The notes: generated by a model from the sequence alone, not told the origin. DNA of 64,000 nucleotides from Phycisphaerae bacterium (GCA_963666835.2 CAXXGO010000006.1:352001-416000), one strand, 5' to 3'; positions 46,320-56,560 are shown, counted from the stretch's first letter. A program made the numbers and translations.

Positions 46320-46938
46320 GTTGCTTCTCTATCACTACCGTACGCGTCTCGACCTTTCCGCCGTCCGCATCCCAATGGCAGGCAAGGCGAAGTCCGGCTG
46401 GGCGCTTCTCTCCAACGCCCTGAGCCGGCGCTCGGGCAGACCAACCGCTGCCCCAGTTGGCTTCGACAACTGCCTCCGTCAGGCGTTTCGTCAGATACTG
46501 CCGACGTACGACCGGCACGGTCTGGGTCAGGTCCGTAACCTCGCGCACGAGCTTCCGATTCCCGTCTCGAGTTCCAGCGTCTTCCACTACATAACTCACC
46601 TTCGCGGGCATTCGGCGGCGGGTGAACGCTTCCGGATCCGGCACGGCTGCGAGGCAAAAGACCTCGAGGATCCGCCCGGGCTCCGGGTTGATGCGGATGG
46701 CCTGAACATCCTCGGGCAGCCCCGTCAACGCGGAGCGGAGATCCTCCTCAAACTGTTCGTACACCCGCACCCGCTCCCAGCGGCGGGCCACGGCCGCCTT
46801 GGCGCTGGACTCCGCCCGCAGGGCGTGCACGGCGATGCCACAGGTCATAGCGACGACCGTTCCGGCCAACATGGTGGCGAGCATGACCTCCACCAAGGTG
46901 AAGCCTCCCCGTCGTCGGACTATGCGTCGCCGCTTCAT
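46306..46938 (-). CDS. gspJ: Minor pseudopilin J
   Basis: RRRGG|FTLVEVMLA prepilin motif; start set at ATG 46938 after GGAGG. Confidence 0.75.
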   Translation of the reverse strand: MKRRRIVRRRGGFTLVEVMLATMLAGTVVAMTCGIAVHALRAESSAKAAVARRWERVRVYEQFEEDLRSALTGLPEDVQAIRINPEPGRILEVFCLAAVPDPEAFTRRRMPAKVSYVVEDAGTRDGNRKLVREVTDLTQTVPVVRRQYLTKRLTEAVVEANWGSGWSARAPAQGVGEKRPAGLRLACHWDADGGKVETRTVVIEKQREQS

Positions 46939-46952
46939 TCCGCCGGTCTCCG

Positions 46953-47375
46953 TTACGATGACGACCCCTCGTCGGCAACCAACCAGACGAACGCGCGAGT
47001 CCACGGTCGATGCCGGTTGTGCGGGTCCTCGAAGGTCAGAACAAGCCGCACTTCGGTGGCCGAGACTCCCTCGGCGATCTTCACCGAGCCGGATGATCGG
47101 CTCCACGTCCAGTTCTCATAGCCGGTTACCGCCCCCGATCCGTTTGCCTGGATGTTCGCCTTCTCCAGAGTCCACTCGGCCACGAGTTCGCGGGCTATGT
47201 GCTGCGCCTTAAGCTGCTGTTGGGACGTATGCAGCCGCGCAACCGCGGCCGACATCGCCACGAGCATAGTCGTCACGGCTCCGGCGGAGATGGTCAGCGC
47301 CGCCATGACCTCAATCAAGGTAAGCGCCCGCATCCTCTGCCGCGATCGGGCCCGTATTGTCATAGTCCTGTTCAC
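46953..47375 (-). CDS. gspI: Minor pseudopilin I
   Basis: RA|LTLIEVMAAL motif, ~140 aa, expected position. Confidence 0.75.
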   Translation of the reverse strand: MNRTMTIRARSRQRMRALTLIEVMAALTISAGAVTTMLVAMSAAVARLHTSQQQLKAQHIARELVAEWTLEKANIQANGSGAVTGYENWTWSRSSGSVKIAEGVSATEVRLVLTFEDPHNRHRPWTRAFVWLVADEGSSS

Positions 47376-47881
47376 CGCTGCTCCTGGTCAGCGTACTCGA
47401 GCCGCTCGATTCCGGTGTAGCCGTCTATTACCACGCACGCGCGCATCTGCGCTCGGTTTCTCAATCTCACCTCGTGGTTCGCACTCGTGTCGTTGGGAGT
47501 GATCATTATCTGTTGCGGCGCGGTCGGGTCGGTGTCGACCTGATCCGCCCCGGCGATTGTCACCCCCGTGATCCGCACTCCGTCCACCAGGTCCACCTGG
47601 GCAATACTGCGCCATCCCCACTCGCCGTCGCGTTCGACCGGCTCCGCCAACACACACCGGCGACCGGCCAGCTTCAAAGCATGCGATCGCCCCGAACGCG
47701 TTGCTCTCACCAATCCGGTGCGATAGACCGCTCCGATCTGGGTCGCCGCGGCTCCGAACGCCGCCCGGGCGGACAGGCCGTGCGTGCCGACGGTGACGAT
47801 CCCGATCGCGGTTACCATCACCGCCACCACGACCATCAGCTCGATTAACGTGAACGCTAAACGCCGCCGCAAACTGCCCAT
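47372..47881 (-). CDS. gspH: Minor pseudopilin H
   Basis: LA|FTLIELMVVV motif; directly follows gspG. Confidence 0.75.
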   Translation of the reverse strand: MGSLRRRLAFTLIELMVVVAVMVTAIGIVTVGTHGLSARAAFGAAATQIGAVYRTGLVRATRSGRSHALKLAGRRCVLAEPVERDGEWGWRSIAQVDLVDGVRITGVTIAGADQVDTDPTAPQQIMITPNDTSANHEVRLRNRAQMRACVVIDGYTGIERLEYADQEQR

Positions 47882-48327
47882 TAGTCCGGCTCCTGCTCAT
47901 CCCAACTCGTCACGTCGGCTTGAGCCCCGACGCCACCCTCCTGCCCATCGGCGCCGTAGCTGAGCAGGTCATACGGGCCGCGGGTGCCGGGGAAGATATA
48001 GACGTAGTCGTTTCCCCACGGGTCTTGCAGATCGTTGCTTATCATGCCGTTGGGATGCTGTGGCGTCTTGGCGCGCAGAGCTTCCAGCCCGTCGTCGTAT
48101 GACGGGTACCGGTCGTTCTCCATGAAGTACAGCTCCAGGGCGTTCTTTATCGTGGCCACTTCGCTTCGAGCCACGTTCTGCTTGGCAGTGACCAGGTAGT
48201 CCGAAACCGACAGCGTAACGGCCGTGGCCATCACACCCACGATCACCACCACGACCATAAGTTCCACGAGCGTGAAGCCCCGTTCCGCCAAGATCTCTAT
48301 CAGACGTTTCTTCATCTGTTCGTCCAC
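47881..48327 (-). CDS. gspG: Major pseudopilin G
   Basis: RG|FTLVELMVVVVI, ALELY..DRYP..GLEAL, DPWGNDYVY..PG and SYGADGQEGG motifs. Confidence 0.95.
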   Translation of the reverse strand: MDEQMKKRLIEILAERGFTLVELMVVVVIVGVMATAVTLSVSDYLVTAKQNVARSEVATIKNALELYFMENDRYPSYDDGLEALRAKTPQHPNGMISNDLQDPWGNDYVYIFPGTRGPYDLLSYGADGQEGGVGAQADVTSWDEQEPD

Positions 48328-48329
48328 CT

Positions 48330-49538
48330 CTATTGAATCGTCCGGGTCGCCTCGAGGATCGGCATCATCGTGGCGAAGACCACGTAACCCACTGCCGCGG
48401 ACATGACGACAATGAGTACCGGCTCCAGAATGGAGGTCGCCTTCTCAATCGCCAGGCGGACTTCCATCTCATACCCTTCCTTGAGTTGCGTCAGCATCTC
48501 CGTCAGTTCCCCCGTGTTCTGGCCGACATTCACGATGCGGGCCACAAGCGGCGGAAACACCCGCGATCCCTCGAGGGTGGGGGCGATGTCACTCCCGCGC
48601 TGGATGGCTTGCTCCATATCGCCGAGTTCATCCGCCAACAGAAGATGCCCCGTCGTGGACCGTACAAGGCGCAGAGCCTCCAGGAACGACACGCCGCTAC
48701 GAAGCAACAACGACATGCTCTGGGCGAACTGGGCGATTACGCCCTTGCGGATCAGCGTGCCGATTACCGGCGTACGCAACTGCCCCGCGTGATACCAGCG
48801 TTTACCCGTGGGCCAACGCAAGAACGCCGTTGCCAGGGCGATCAGCAACACTCCAGCCAGCGCCAGCGCCGCCCAATGCTGAGTAACGCAATCGCTGATC
48901 GACTTGAGCACCATGGTACTGGTGGGCAACGAGCTTCCCGAGGCCTCCAGCACCGAGAGCAACTGCGGGATCACGTACGACATCAGGAACAGCACGACCC
49001 CGCTCCCCACTACGGCCAGGACCATCGGGTACGCCAAAGCACTGAACACGCGCGTCTTGACACTCTCCCGCTCCCGAATGAACGTCGCCAGCTCCGCCAG
49101 GGATCGTTCCATGCTCCCGGCCGTCTGCCCGACCTCGACGGCACTGCAGAAGACGTTGTCGAACCATGATTCGTGCATGCGCAGAGCGTCGCCGAACGCA
49201 CTTCCGGAACGCACTCGATCACGCAGATCACGAAGGACCGGGGTCAGCTTCCCGCGGGACTGTTGGGCCAGGACCCCGATAGCTTCGGCCAGCGGCACCC
49301 CGGCGCGGAGCAGCATTGACAACTGCCGGGCGAACTCGGCCACGTGTTCCTGACGTTTGGCCTTGCGCGTTCGGCGGAGAGAGATCTTCTTCTCCTTGAA
49401 CGCTACGGCCTCGAACTCCAGAAGCCTCAGACCGTCCTGTCTGAGGGTCTGCCGCCCGGACGCCGGCGTATCGGCCGTCAGCACCCCGGAAGTCAGGGCT
49501 CCCCCTCGATCGCGGGCTTTGTATGCGAATACCGGCAA
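48330..49538 (-). CDS. gspF: Type II secretion inner-membrane platform protein F
   Basis: FARQLSMLLRAGVPL, ALAYP, GQNTGEL and LEP motifs. Confidence 0.95.
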   Translation of the reverse strand: MPVFAYKARDRGGALTSGVLTADTPASGRQTLRQDGLRLLEFEAVAFKEKKISLRRTRKAKRQEHVAEFARQLSMLLRAGVPLAEAIGVLAQQSRGKLTPVLRDLRDRVRSGSAFGDALRMHESWFDNVFCSAVEVGQTAGSMERSLAELATFIRERESVKTRVFSALAYPMVLAVVGSGVVLFLMSYVIPQLLSVLEASGSSLPTSTMVLKSISDCVTQHWAALALAGVLLIALATAFLRWPTGKRWYHAGQLRTPVIGTLIRKGVIAQFAQSMSLLLRSGVSFLEALRLVRSTTGHLLLADELGDMEQAIQRGSDIAPTLEGSRVFPPLVARIVNVGQNTGELTEMLTQLKEGYEMEVRLAIEKATSILEPVLIVVMSAAVGYVVFATMMPILEATRTIQ

Positions 49539-49582
49539 TCCACGCCTCCTCCGCGTCCGTCAGGTCCCGTCGGCTCCCGCTT

Positions 49583-51412
49583 TCAGTCGCGCCCGGTTGG
49601 CCCGTAATACGTCGGCGCGAGAATCTCGTCCTCAACCGTCGCCACCACATCGCCGGGTTCGTCCTGGCAACTGGTTCGCGACAGTTCCTGGACGGTCGTC
49701 TGCCCGTTTAACAGCTTCACTACCGCCTGCTGACGAAGCGTGGTCATCCCCGCAGCCATCGCGCGCTGCTTAATGGCAGACGACTTGGCCCGCCCGATGA
49801 TCAACTCGCGGATCGTCTCATCGACCTCGAGCAGTTCGAATATCCCCTCTCTACCGGAGTAGCCCGTCCCCCCGCATGATTCACAACCGTTGCGGTGGGC
49901 GACGCTAGTCCCGGCCTTCTCTCGGGCGATGTTCAACATCAGCCGATCTTCCTCGGTCAGTGCTGCGCTGGTGCGGCACTCCGGGCAGACAACCCGCAGG
50001 AGACGCTGAGCGAGGACCGCGGCCAGACTGCTGGCAACTAGGAACGGCTCGATTCCCAAATCCAAGAGCCGCGTGACCGCCCCGGCCGCATCGTTGGTGT
50101 GCAGAGTGCTGAATACGAGATGGCCGGTCATGGAACTCTGGATGGCCATCCGGGCCGTCTCCTCGTCCCGAATCTCGCCGACCATGATGATGTCCGGATC
50201 CTGCCGAAGCACGGCCCGGAGTCCCGTAGCGAAGGTCATACCCTTCTTGGCCGAGACCTGGGTCTGACTGATCCCGGGAAGCTGATACTCGATCGGATCC
50301 TCCAGGGTGAGGATGTTCTTCTCCTGGCAGTCCAGGTGCTGCAGGGCGGCGTAGAGGGTGGTGGACTTGCCGGACCCGGTCGGGCCCGTCACCAGGATGA
50401 TCCCGTGTGTTCGATCGAGAAGCCGCTCCAATCTCAATCGCTCATCGTCCTCCATACCCAGCTCGGTCATGCTGTATAGCCGGGTGGATTTGTCCAATAG
50501 TCGAATGACCACACGCTCCCCGTGGCTGGTCGGTATGACGCTGATGCGGAGGTCCACTGACTTGTCACCCACTCGAACCGAGGTTCGACCGTCTTGGGCG
50601 ATGCGTTTCTCGGCGATGTCCATTCCCCCGAGGACCTTGATCCGGCTGGCGACCTCGTCCAGCAGGTGATCGGGGACTTCGAGAATGTCGTAGAGGACTC
50701 CGTCGATCCGGTACCGCACTTGCACCTTGCCGGCCAGCGGTTGAATGTGGACATCGCTTGCCCGGCGCTTCACCGCCTCGAACAGCATCATGTTGACCAG
50801 CCGGATCACCGGCGCCCGAGAGGCCGTGTCCAGCAAATCCTGATCGCCCAACACCTCAATGTCGTCCGCGGTCTGCGATACTCCCTCCACCCCGTCCAGG
50901 ACTTCGTCGAACTCGGTATCACAATCCGCGTACGCTTCGTCCATCGCCTTCCGCACGACCGCGCTGGGGGCCAACTCGAGCCGCACCGGTTTGCCAAGTA
51001 GCGCTCCGACGTGATCGATGACGCTCAGGTCCCCGGCGCCGGACGCTACGATCGGCATATGCGTGTCCTGCTGCCGCAGTCCCAGAAGCCCGTGCCGCCG
51101 AGCGTAGCTGATCGGGATGTTGCCGAGGAACTCCGGGTCGACGTCCTCCGCGCTGATCACAGTATGGATGGGCACACCCAACAGATCAGCCAGCGCTTCG
51201 TGGTACCGGGCCTCATCGATCAGGGCTTGGTCGTTGAGATCGTACAACACCTGGATCGGCGCGCAGCCGCGCCGTTCAGCCTTGTGCACCGCATCCGCAA
51301 CCGCCTCGTCGTGAACGCCCAGACGCGACAAGACGGCTCCTGTGACGCTCACTGGCGGCGCAGGCTCGGCCGGCGGCGGAGTGTTGGCGGCAGTCCCGTC
51401 TAGCGCATCCAT
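49583..51412 (-). CDS. gspE: Type II secretion ATPase E
   Basis: ASDVHIQP, Walker A GPTGSGKS, LRQDPDIIMVGEIRD, STLHTN and tetra-Cys Zn motif. Confidence 0.97.
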   Translation of the reverse strand: MDALDGTAANTPPPAEPAPPVSVTGAVLSRLGVHDEAVADAVHKAERRGCAPIQVLYDLNDQALIDEARYHEALADLLGVPIHTVISAEDVDPEFLGNIPISYARRHGLLGLRQQDTHMPIVASGAGDLSVIDHVGALLGKPVRLELAPSAVVRKAMDEAYADCDTEFDEVLDGVEGVSQTADDIEVLGDQDLLDTASRAPVIRLVNMMLFEAVKRRASDVHIQPLAGKVQVRYRIDGVLYDILEVPDHLLDEVASRIKVLGGMDIAEKRIAQDGRTSVRVGDKSVDLRISVIPTSHGERVVIRLLDKSTRLYSMTELGMEDDERLRLERLLDRTHGIILVTGPTGSGKSTTLYAALQHLDCQEKNILTLEDPIEYQLPGISQTQVSAKKGMTFATGLRAVLRQDPDIIMVGEIRDEETARMAIQSSMTGHLVFSTLHTNDAAGAVTRLLDLGIEPFLVASSLAAVLAQRLLRVVCPECRTSAALTEEDRLMLNIAREKAGTSVAHRNGCESCGGTGYSGREGIFELLEVDETIRELIIGRAKSSAIKQRAMAAGMTTLRQQAVVKLLNGQTTVQELSRTSCQDEPGDVVATVEDEILAPTYYGPTGRD

Positions 51413-53694
51413 AGGTATTCGCTTTCCGGGTAGTCACGGGCCTGCAGGGCGGCGCGATCCATCTCTCGCCGGGATATGAGCTTCAGATCAGCGAAGGCGT
51501 CGTCGCGCAGGACCGTCGGGCGGATGAACGCGTAAACCTTTGTCTTCGTGCGGAGACGGTCGCTGCTCTGGAACAGTGCGCCGATGACCGGGATCCGGCC
51601 GAGCAGAGGCACCTCTGTTACCGAATCGCTCTCCGCCTCGGTCACCAACCCGCCCACAATAACGGTGTAGGCGTCAGGAACCTCGATTGTCCCGGAGAAT
51701 GAGTTCGTGGTTCGAGGCGGCGGTACCCCCACGGACCCGCTACCCGTGAAGTTGCTGAAGCTCAACGAGTAGTCGAGGGTTATGTGGTCCCCTTGGGCTA
51801 TGTGGGGCGTTACGGTCATCGTGGTGCCGGCGGACTCGAACCCCGCAAAGGACGTGGTCGCTACGGTGTCGGAGGCGTTGATGCTGGTGAAGGGCGCTTC
51901 TTCGACGCTGCCGATCGTAGCCGAGGTACCGTCGCTGAGGAGGATCTTCGGGGTCGCCATGATCCGGCTGTTGCCGTGCGCAGCGATAGCGCGAACCAAC
52001 AGGGGGGTCTCGTGCGGGCCCAGGAGCACGCCGTTGAATCCTCCGCCGGGCTGGAAAGAGCGGACCCCGGTCTCTGCATCGATCCCGGACAACCCGAAGC
52101 TCGAGAAGACTATCGATTCATAGCTTCCCATCAGCTCTTCGTTGGCCAGCTCCACGGCCATGCTCAGAGAGTCGTTGAACGTCACCGCAATCAACGTCAT
52201 CTCGATCATCACCTGCTGCTGCCGACGGTCCAGCTCATCCATCAGAGTCTGCAAGCGAACGTGGAACTCGTTAGGTCCGATGGCGATGATCGCGTTGGTA
52301 TGCTCATCATGTGACAGCACGAAGTCCTCGCCCTCGATCCTCCGCGGAACCGATCCGGGTTCCACCGGGTTCGCCGACGCGGCCTCCTCGGGGGCGGCGG
52401 ATACACTGCTTGGCCCCTGGCTGTTCGCCGGTACCCGCTGACTGTCCACGTGAGCAGGTTCCGTCACTTGCGGATCCGCGTCTTGGGGCCCCGATTCCGA
52501 GATGCTCGGCAGAAGCTGAGACAGAATACCCACCAGATCCCGAGCCAGCCGGTTACGTGGGTGATAGAAACGAAGCGGACGCGAAGTCTCGACCCCCGCG
52601 ATATCCTCCGCCTCCATCAAACGGCCGATGCGCGTGTGCATCTTCGGGGCGGCCGTCACATACAGTCGATTCGTATCCGCATCCAGGAACAGCTTCAGAG
52701 TACTCTCCCCGGTCGGCTCCTCCACGAGGACGTTCTCGATCAACAACTGCAACCGGTCCGCGGATATGTGCCTGGGGGCATAAACCAGAGTCGGCCGCCG
52801 TTCCTCCGTCGGAACGTCGAACCGCTCGATCAAGCCGGTCACCTCGGCCACCGCCTCCGCCGGTCCGATGAGCAGTATCTCCGCGTCGGTCAGATTCGCG
52901 CGAATCGCCACGGGCGGCTCCTTCAAGCCGCCCAGCTTGGCCTTGTCGGTCAGCACCTGTTGGACCCGCTCGGCGACGGCCGACGCATCTTGATGTCGAA
53001 CGGGCACGGTCGTCACCTCGACCGGGATCGGCACGACGTCCAACAGCTCGATAATGTCAATAGCCCGAGCCACCGCGGACTCGTAGTCGGTGATGATCAC
53101 CAAATGCCGGTCCGGCATCTCGATAATCGAGGCCTTCGAGGAAGAGAGGAAACTCCGCACGTGCTTGAGCACGTTCTGCATGTTCTCGGAGTGGATCTCG
53201 ACAATCTGGGAGACCACCTGGCCGGAATCGGCCGACGGAGTCAGCCGCCCGGCGCGGATGTCCTGGACGTGCCTCTGCATATCGTCGGTGGGTACGATGC
53301 GCAGCCAGCCCTCGATGTCTCCCGGCACCAGGGCCAGGTCGTTCATTCGCAGCATGCTCCGCAGAAGATCGAGAAGGTGTGTACGCGAGATTGCCACCTC
53401 CGTCGGGCGGAACACTACGGAACGGCCGTTCAGTTGATCATCATAGATGATCTTGATCTTCAGCGTCTGGCTCACATAGTCGACGAATGCCGCCAGATCG
53501 ACCTTGTCCGGGTAACTTATCTTGATAGTCTCGCCGACGTCGAGACCCTTCTCTCCCGCCCACGACTGCATCGCCCGCGACTGCCGCGGCCGCTTCTGGG
53601 CCGAGGCATCATCCGTAGCGGCGAAGAGTATGACGGCTAGGGCCACTCCGCACGGTCCGATCAGCTTGGCCGTTTGCGATGTTCGCTGCTGCAT
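51400..53694 (-). CDS. gspD: Type II secretion secretin D
   Basis: Signal peptide, repeated N-domains (D..TN.L.V), QVMIEM, IVGGL..VPLLGRIPVIGALF and FIRPTV motifs. Confidence 0.95.
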   Translation of the reverse strand: MQQRTSQTAKLIGPCGVALAVILFAATDDASAQKRPRQSRAMQSWAGEKGLDVGETIKISYPDKVDLAAFVDYVSQTLKIKIIYDDQLNGRSVVFRPTEVAISRTHLLDLLRSMLRMNDLALVPGDIEGWLRIVPTDDMQRHVQDIRAGRLTPSADSGQVVSQIVEIHSENMQNVLKHVRSFLSSSKASIIEMPDRHLVIITDYESAVARAIDIIELLDVVPIPVEVTTVPVRHQDASAVAERVQQVLTDKAKLGGLKEPPVAIRANLTDAEILLIGPAEAVAEVTGLIERFDVPTEERRPTLVYAPRHISADRLQLLIENVLVEEPTGESTLKLFLDADTNRLYVTAAPKMHTRIGRLMEAEDIAGVETSRPLRFYHPRNRLARDLVGILSQLLPSISESGPQDADPQVTEPAHVDSQRVPANSQGPSSVSAAPEEAASANPVEPGSVPRRIEGEDFVLSHDEHTNAIIAIGPNEFHVRLQTLMDELDRRQQQVMIEMTLIAVTFNDSLSMAVELANEELMGSYESIVFSSFGLSGIDAETGVRSFQPGGGFNGVLLGPHETPLLVRAIAAHGNSRIMATPKILLSDGTSATIGSVEEAPFTSINASDTVATTSFAGFESAGTTMTVTPHIAQGDHITLDYSLSFSNFTGSGSVGVPPPRTTNSFSGTIEVPDAYTVIVGGLVTEAESDSVTEVPLLGRIPVIGALFQSSDRLRTKTKVYAFIRPTVLRDDAFADLKLISRREMDRAALQARDYPESEYLWMR

Positions 53695-54115
53695 GAGTGC
53701 CTCTTTCCGTCGTGGGAGGCGTTGTGCCCGACCGGCCGCACTCGACCCGCGGCGTCGCCCGAGCGACTGCGCATACCTGCTGCCGACCTCTTACCCTTCA
53801 CAAAGGGGTAATTGCACATTTGGTCCCAACGACAGACCAAGCCCGAACGAATGTCCACCGACGCTCATATCGGTGTAGGTGATAGCCCTCATGAGCTCAT
53901 CCGAATGTGGCGCAGACGTTGCGTCCGATAGCTGTGGGTATGATGCCGAAGTTGGCCTTCGGCGGCGGTGTATTGCGGGTATGACGCCCAAAACCGAAGT
54001 GATGGTCAACACGGCGTCCGTGCCGGACGATACAACTACTGTTCGATGGGTCGGGGACAATCAATCCCTACGAGAATCTCGGCGCAGAAGTTCTGTTATG
54101 GAAGGATGTCCGCGT

Positions 54116-54733
54116 ATGCAGCCGTTCCCGCAACGACTCGGTCGGTTAGCGGTCTTACTGGTGTTGCTCGGGGGCTGCGCGACCGGGCAGCGCGCCCGCT
54201 GGCTGCGGGACGCGGATAAGCCGCACCTGCGCACGCCGGTAGTGGCTCGCGAGCACAATGACCGCGGTCTGGAGGAACTGGAAAACGGGAACCTCGACGC
54301 GGCCCGAGAACAATTCCAGGAAGCGATTCTGTGCGATATGTACTACGCCCCGGCCCACAACAACTTGGGCTTGGTCCTACTCCAGCAGAACCAGCCCTAT
54401 GACGCGGCCTGGGAGTTCCAAAGTGCCATTCGGCTGAGCCCCCACGCCGCAGAGCCGCGGGCCAATCTCGGCCTGCTATACGAAGAGATCGGCCGAGTGG
54501 ACCACGCCATCACCAAGTACAAGACGGCTTTGGAATACGATCCGGAGAACGCCGCAGTCATGCGCCACCTGGCGCGGGCTTACGTCAAGGCCGGCAAAAA
54601 GGACGATAGCTTGAAGTCCGTCCTGGAGACGCTCCTCGGCGTCCCCGACGACGGCCCGTGGGACTACTGGGTGCGTGGGCAACTGATCCGCGTCGGCCGG
54701 GAGGAAGGTCCGACGCAACTGTTCGAGGAATGA
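54116..54733 (+). CDS. TPR lipoprotein (PilF/PilW pilotin-like)
   Basis: Lipobox LLGGC; TPR repeats AHNNLG and RANLG; divergent from gspD. Confidence 0.75.
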   Translation: MQPFPQRLGRLAVLLVLLGGCATGQRARWLRDADKPHLRTPVVAREHNDRGLEELENGNLDAAREQFQEAILCDMYYAPAHNNLGLVLLQQNQPYDAAWEFQSAIRLSPHAAEPRANLGLLYEEIGRVDHAITKYKTALEYDPENAAVMRHLARAYVKAGKKDDSLKSVLETLLGVPDDGPWDYWVRGQLIRVGREEGPTQLFEE

Positions 54734-55018
54734 TCGCTGTTTATCCCTCCTAACAAAGGGGGGAGAAGGGGTTCCCGTCAGGCATGGTTGCCCTGAGAGA
54801 ACTCTGAGACTCGTAAGATCGGAAACGCGGGTCGGGACTAGCGAAGCCGGAATAACCGATCAGGGATTGCACAGCCGGAAACCGCAACTTTGAAGAAGGG
54901 GACTTGGCTTACGCCGACGCGCATTCAGGTGAACATGAGACCCCTTCGGCGAGGTGCGTGTGCCTATGTTCAACGAGGGCCGGATTCGGCAACGAGACCG
55001 TACAAGAGGAGAAGCGTA

Positions 55019-55882
55019 ATGATCGTTCGAACTGCGTTTGTCACGGTGACCGTGTTTCTGCTCTGCGGTCTCGGATGCGGGGTCGTTACCGTTCCGAATG
55101 ATGCAACTCCACCAGTTGACCAGAATACCGCAGATGGAGCTGACACCGTTTCCGACGATGACACGTCACTGACGGTTGCGCAGAATACGGCCGTCGGCAA
55201 CATCATCGCCGCCACCGAGGCGGTGGCCAAGATCGTTGCCGTGGTTGCCCCGGTCAAAGATGTCGAGGATTCGCTCGCAGGCGGCGCGGACTTTGTAGCG
55301 TGCCCGGCCATGGACGTTGCCTTAGAGACCGATGTCCTCGATCTGGACCTCGCCTACGCCGCGGGCTGCGGCACGAGCCATCACCCGGACGTCTCAGTCG
55401 ACGGAACCGTCAGCGGCGAACTCTACTACGCCGTCGACGCGGTGGAGCTCGAGTTCACCGACCTGAACATCGATGGCGACGTGCTTACCGGCCGAGTCGC
55501 CGGCGGGTTCGGAGCATCCGCCGCCGAGGCCACCTTTGCCGTGAATGTGAACGTTGCCCTCGGCGACGTGACCATCACCGGCGGGGCAACGGTGATCGTC
55601 GACGAGCAGACCGGCGCGATGTCCGTGCGAGACGCCACTCTTACGGTTTCGGCTCCGGACTGCGACGACGTCACGGCCGTCCTGGCAAACGTGGTCATAG
55701 ACCCGAACGCCAACGCCAACTTCGCCCCGGAATCAGGATCCCTGACCTTCGATCTCTGGGACGAATCTACTCAGACAACGGTACAACTCGTAGTCGACTG
55801 CACCGCCGACACCCCCACAACCGGCACGGCCAAAGTAGCCGTGGAAGGCGCGGATCCGACGACGTATGTCCCGGCAGATTGA
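55019..55882 (+). CDS. Acidic beta-rich putative lipoprotein
   Basis: GAGGAG RBS; MIVRTAFVTVTVFLLCGLGC lipobox-like leader. Confidence 0.7.
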   Translation: MIVRTAFVTVTVFLLCGLGCGVVTVPNDATPPVDQNTADGADTVSDDDTSLTVAQNTAVGNIIAATEAVAKIVAVVAPVKDVEDSLAGGADFVACPAMDVALETDVLDLDLAYAAGCGTSHHPDVSVDGTVSGELYYAVDAVELEFTDLNIDGDVLTGRVAGGFGASAAEATFAVNVNVALGDVTITGGATVIVDEQTGAMSVRDATLTVSAPDCDDVTAVLANVVIDPNANANFAPESGSLTFDLWDESTQTTVQLVVDCTADTPTTGTAKVAVEGADPTTYVPAD

Positions 55883-56057
55883 CTCCAACCCCCGAAACCC
55901 CACCAGCACCGGCCGCCGTTGGCGTTCGTAGGGCGTCCCCCCTGGCTCAAGATCTCCTCTTTGAGGATGTCCAGGAATCTGAGACCTTGTTCGCGAGACT
56001 CCGGAGGAAGCTGCGAAGTCGGCGTCGTTGTAGCGTTTTGCGGATCTTGTGTCCGAG

Positions 56058-56384
56058 TCATTGCGAGTCGTTTCCTTCTTTCGGCGCACTCGAAGCCACG
56101 AGATAACGCCGGTGGTCGTCAAGGCGGTCCCGTATCACGGTTTGGGCAGCAGGGATGGTCCAGACCTTGCCCGCGATCTCGGGAGCCCAAGCGGCCGGGA
56201 GCCCTTCAAGCACGCCGACCAGCCCTTTAATCAGCTCAAGGCGGTTTCGCATGAGTTCTTCGCGCGGCACCAGCAGCCCGGCCTCCTCCTGGTTCTTCCG
56301 CTCCTCCCGTTTGGCCCGGGCCAGCTTGTACCGGCGATCCGCCTCGCGCGTACTGCCCCGGCCTTCGTCTCTATCGCTAGCCAA
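56058..56384 (-). pseudogene. Terminase small subunit-like remnant
   Basis: RYKLARAKREERKNQEEAGLLVPREE..LEGLP resembles the coiled-coil half of lambda Nu1-type TerS; no N-terminal HTH in frame. Confidence 0.45.
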
Positions 56385-56560
56385 GCGGTGTTTGTTGTTG
56401 GCGATGCTGTCTTGGCCCGCAACATCTCCGGGCCTCCGGCGAAGCCCGGTACGCCGCAGTTCTCGCGTTCAATTCGCGTATGATCCGGAAGTAGTCTTTT
56501 CCAAAACAGGGGCGTTTGGAGGCCCAAAACCGCGTTTTTTGGTGTTTAAACGTCTATAGA

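Noticed and set aside
43118..53694. Type IV pilus locus
   Set aside because: GspG-specific C-terminal motifs, multi-N-domain secretin, L/M-like pair and no PilT retraction ATPase.
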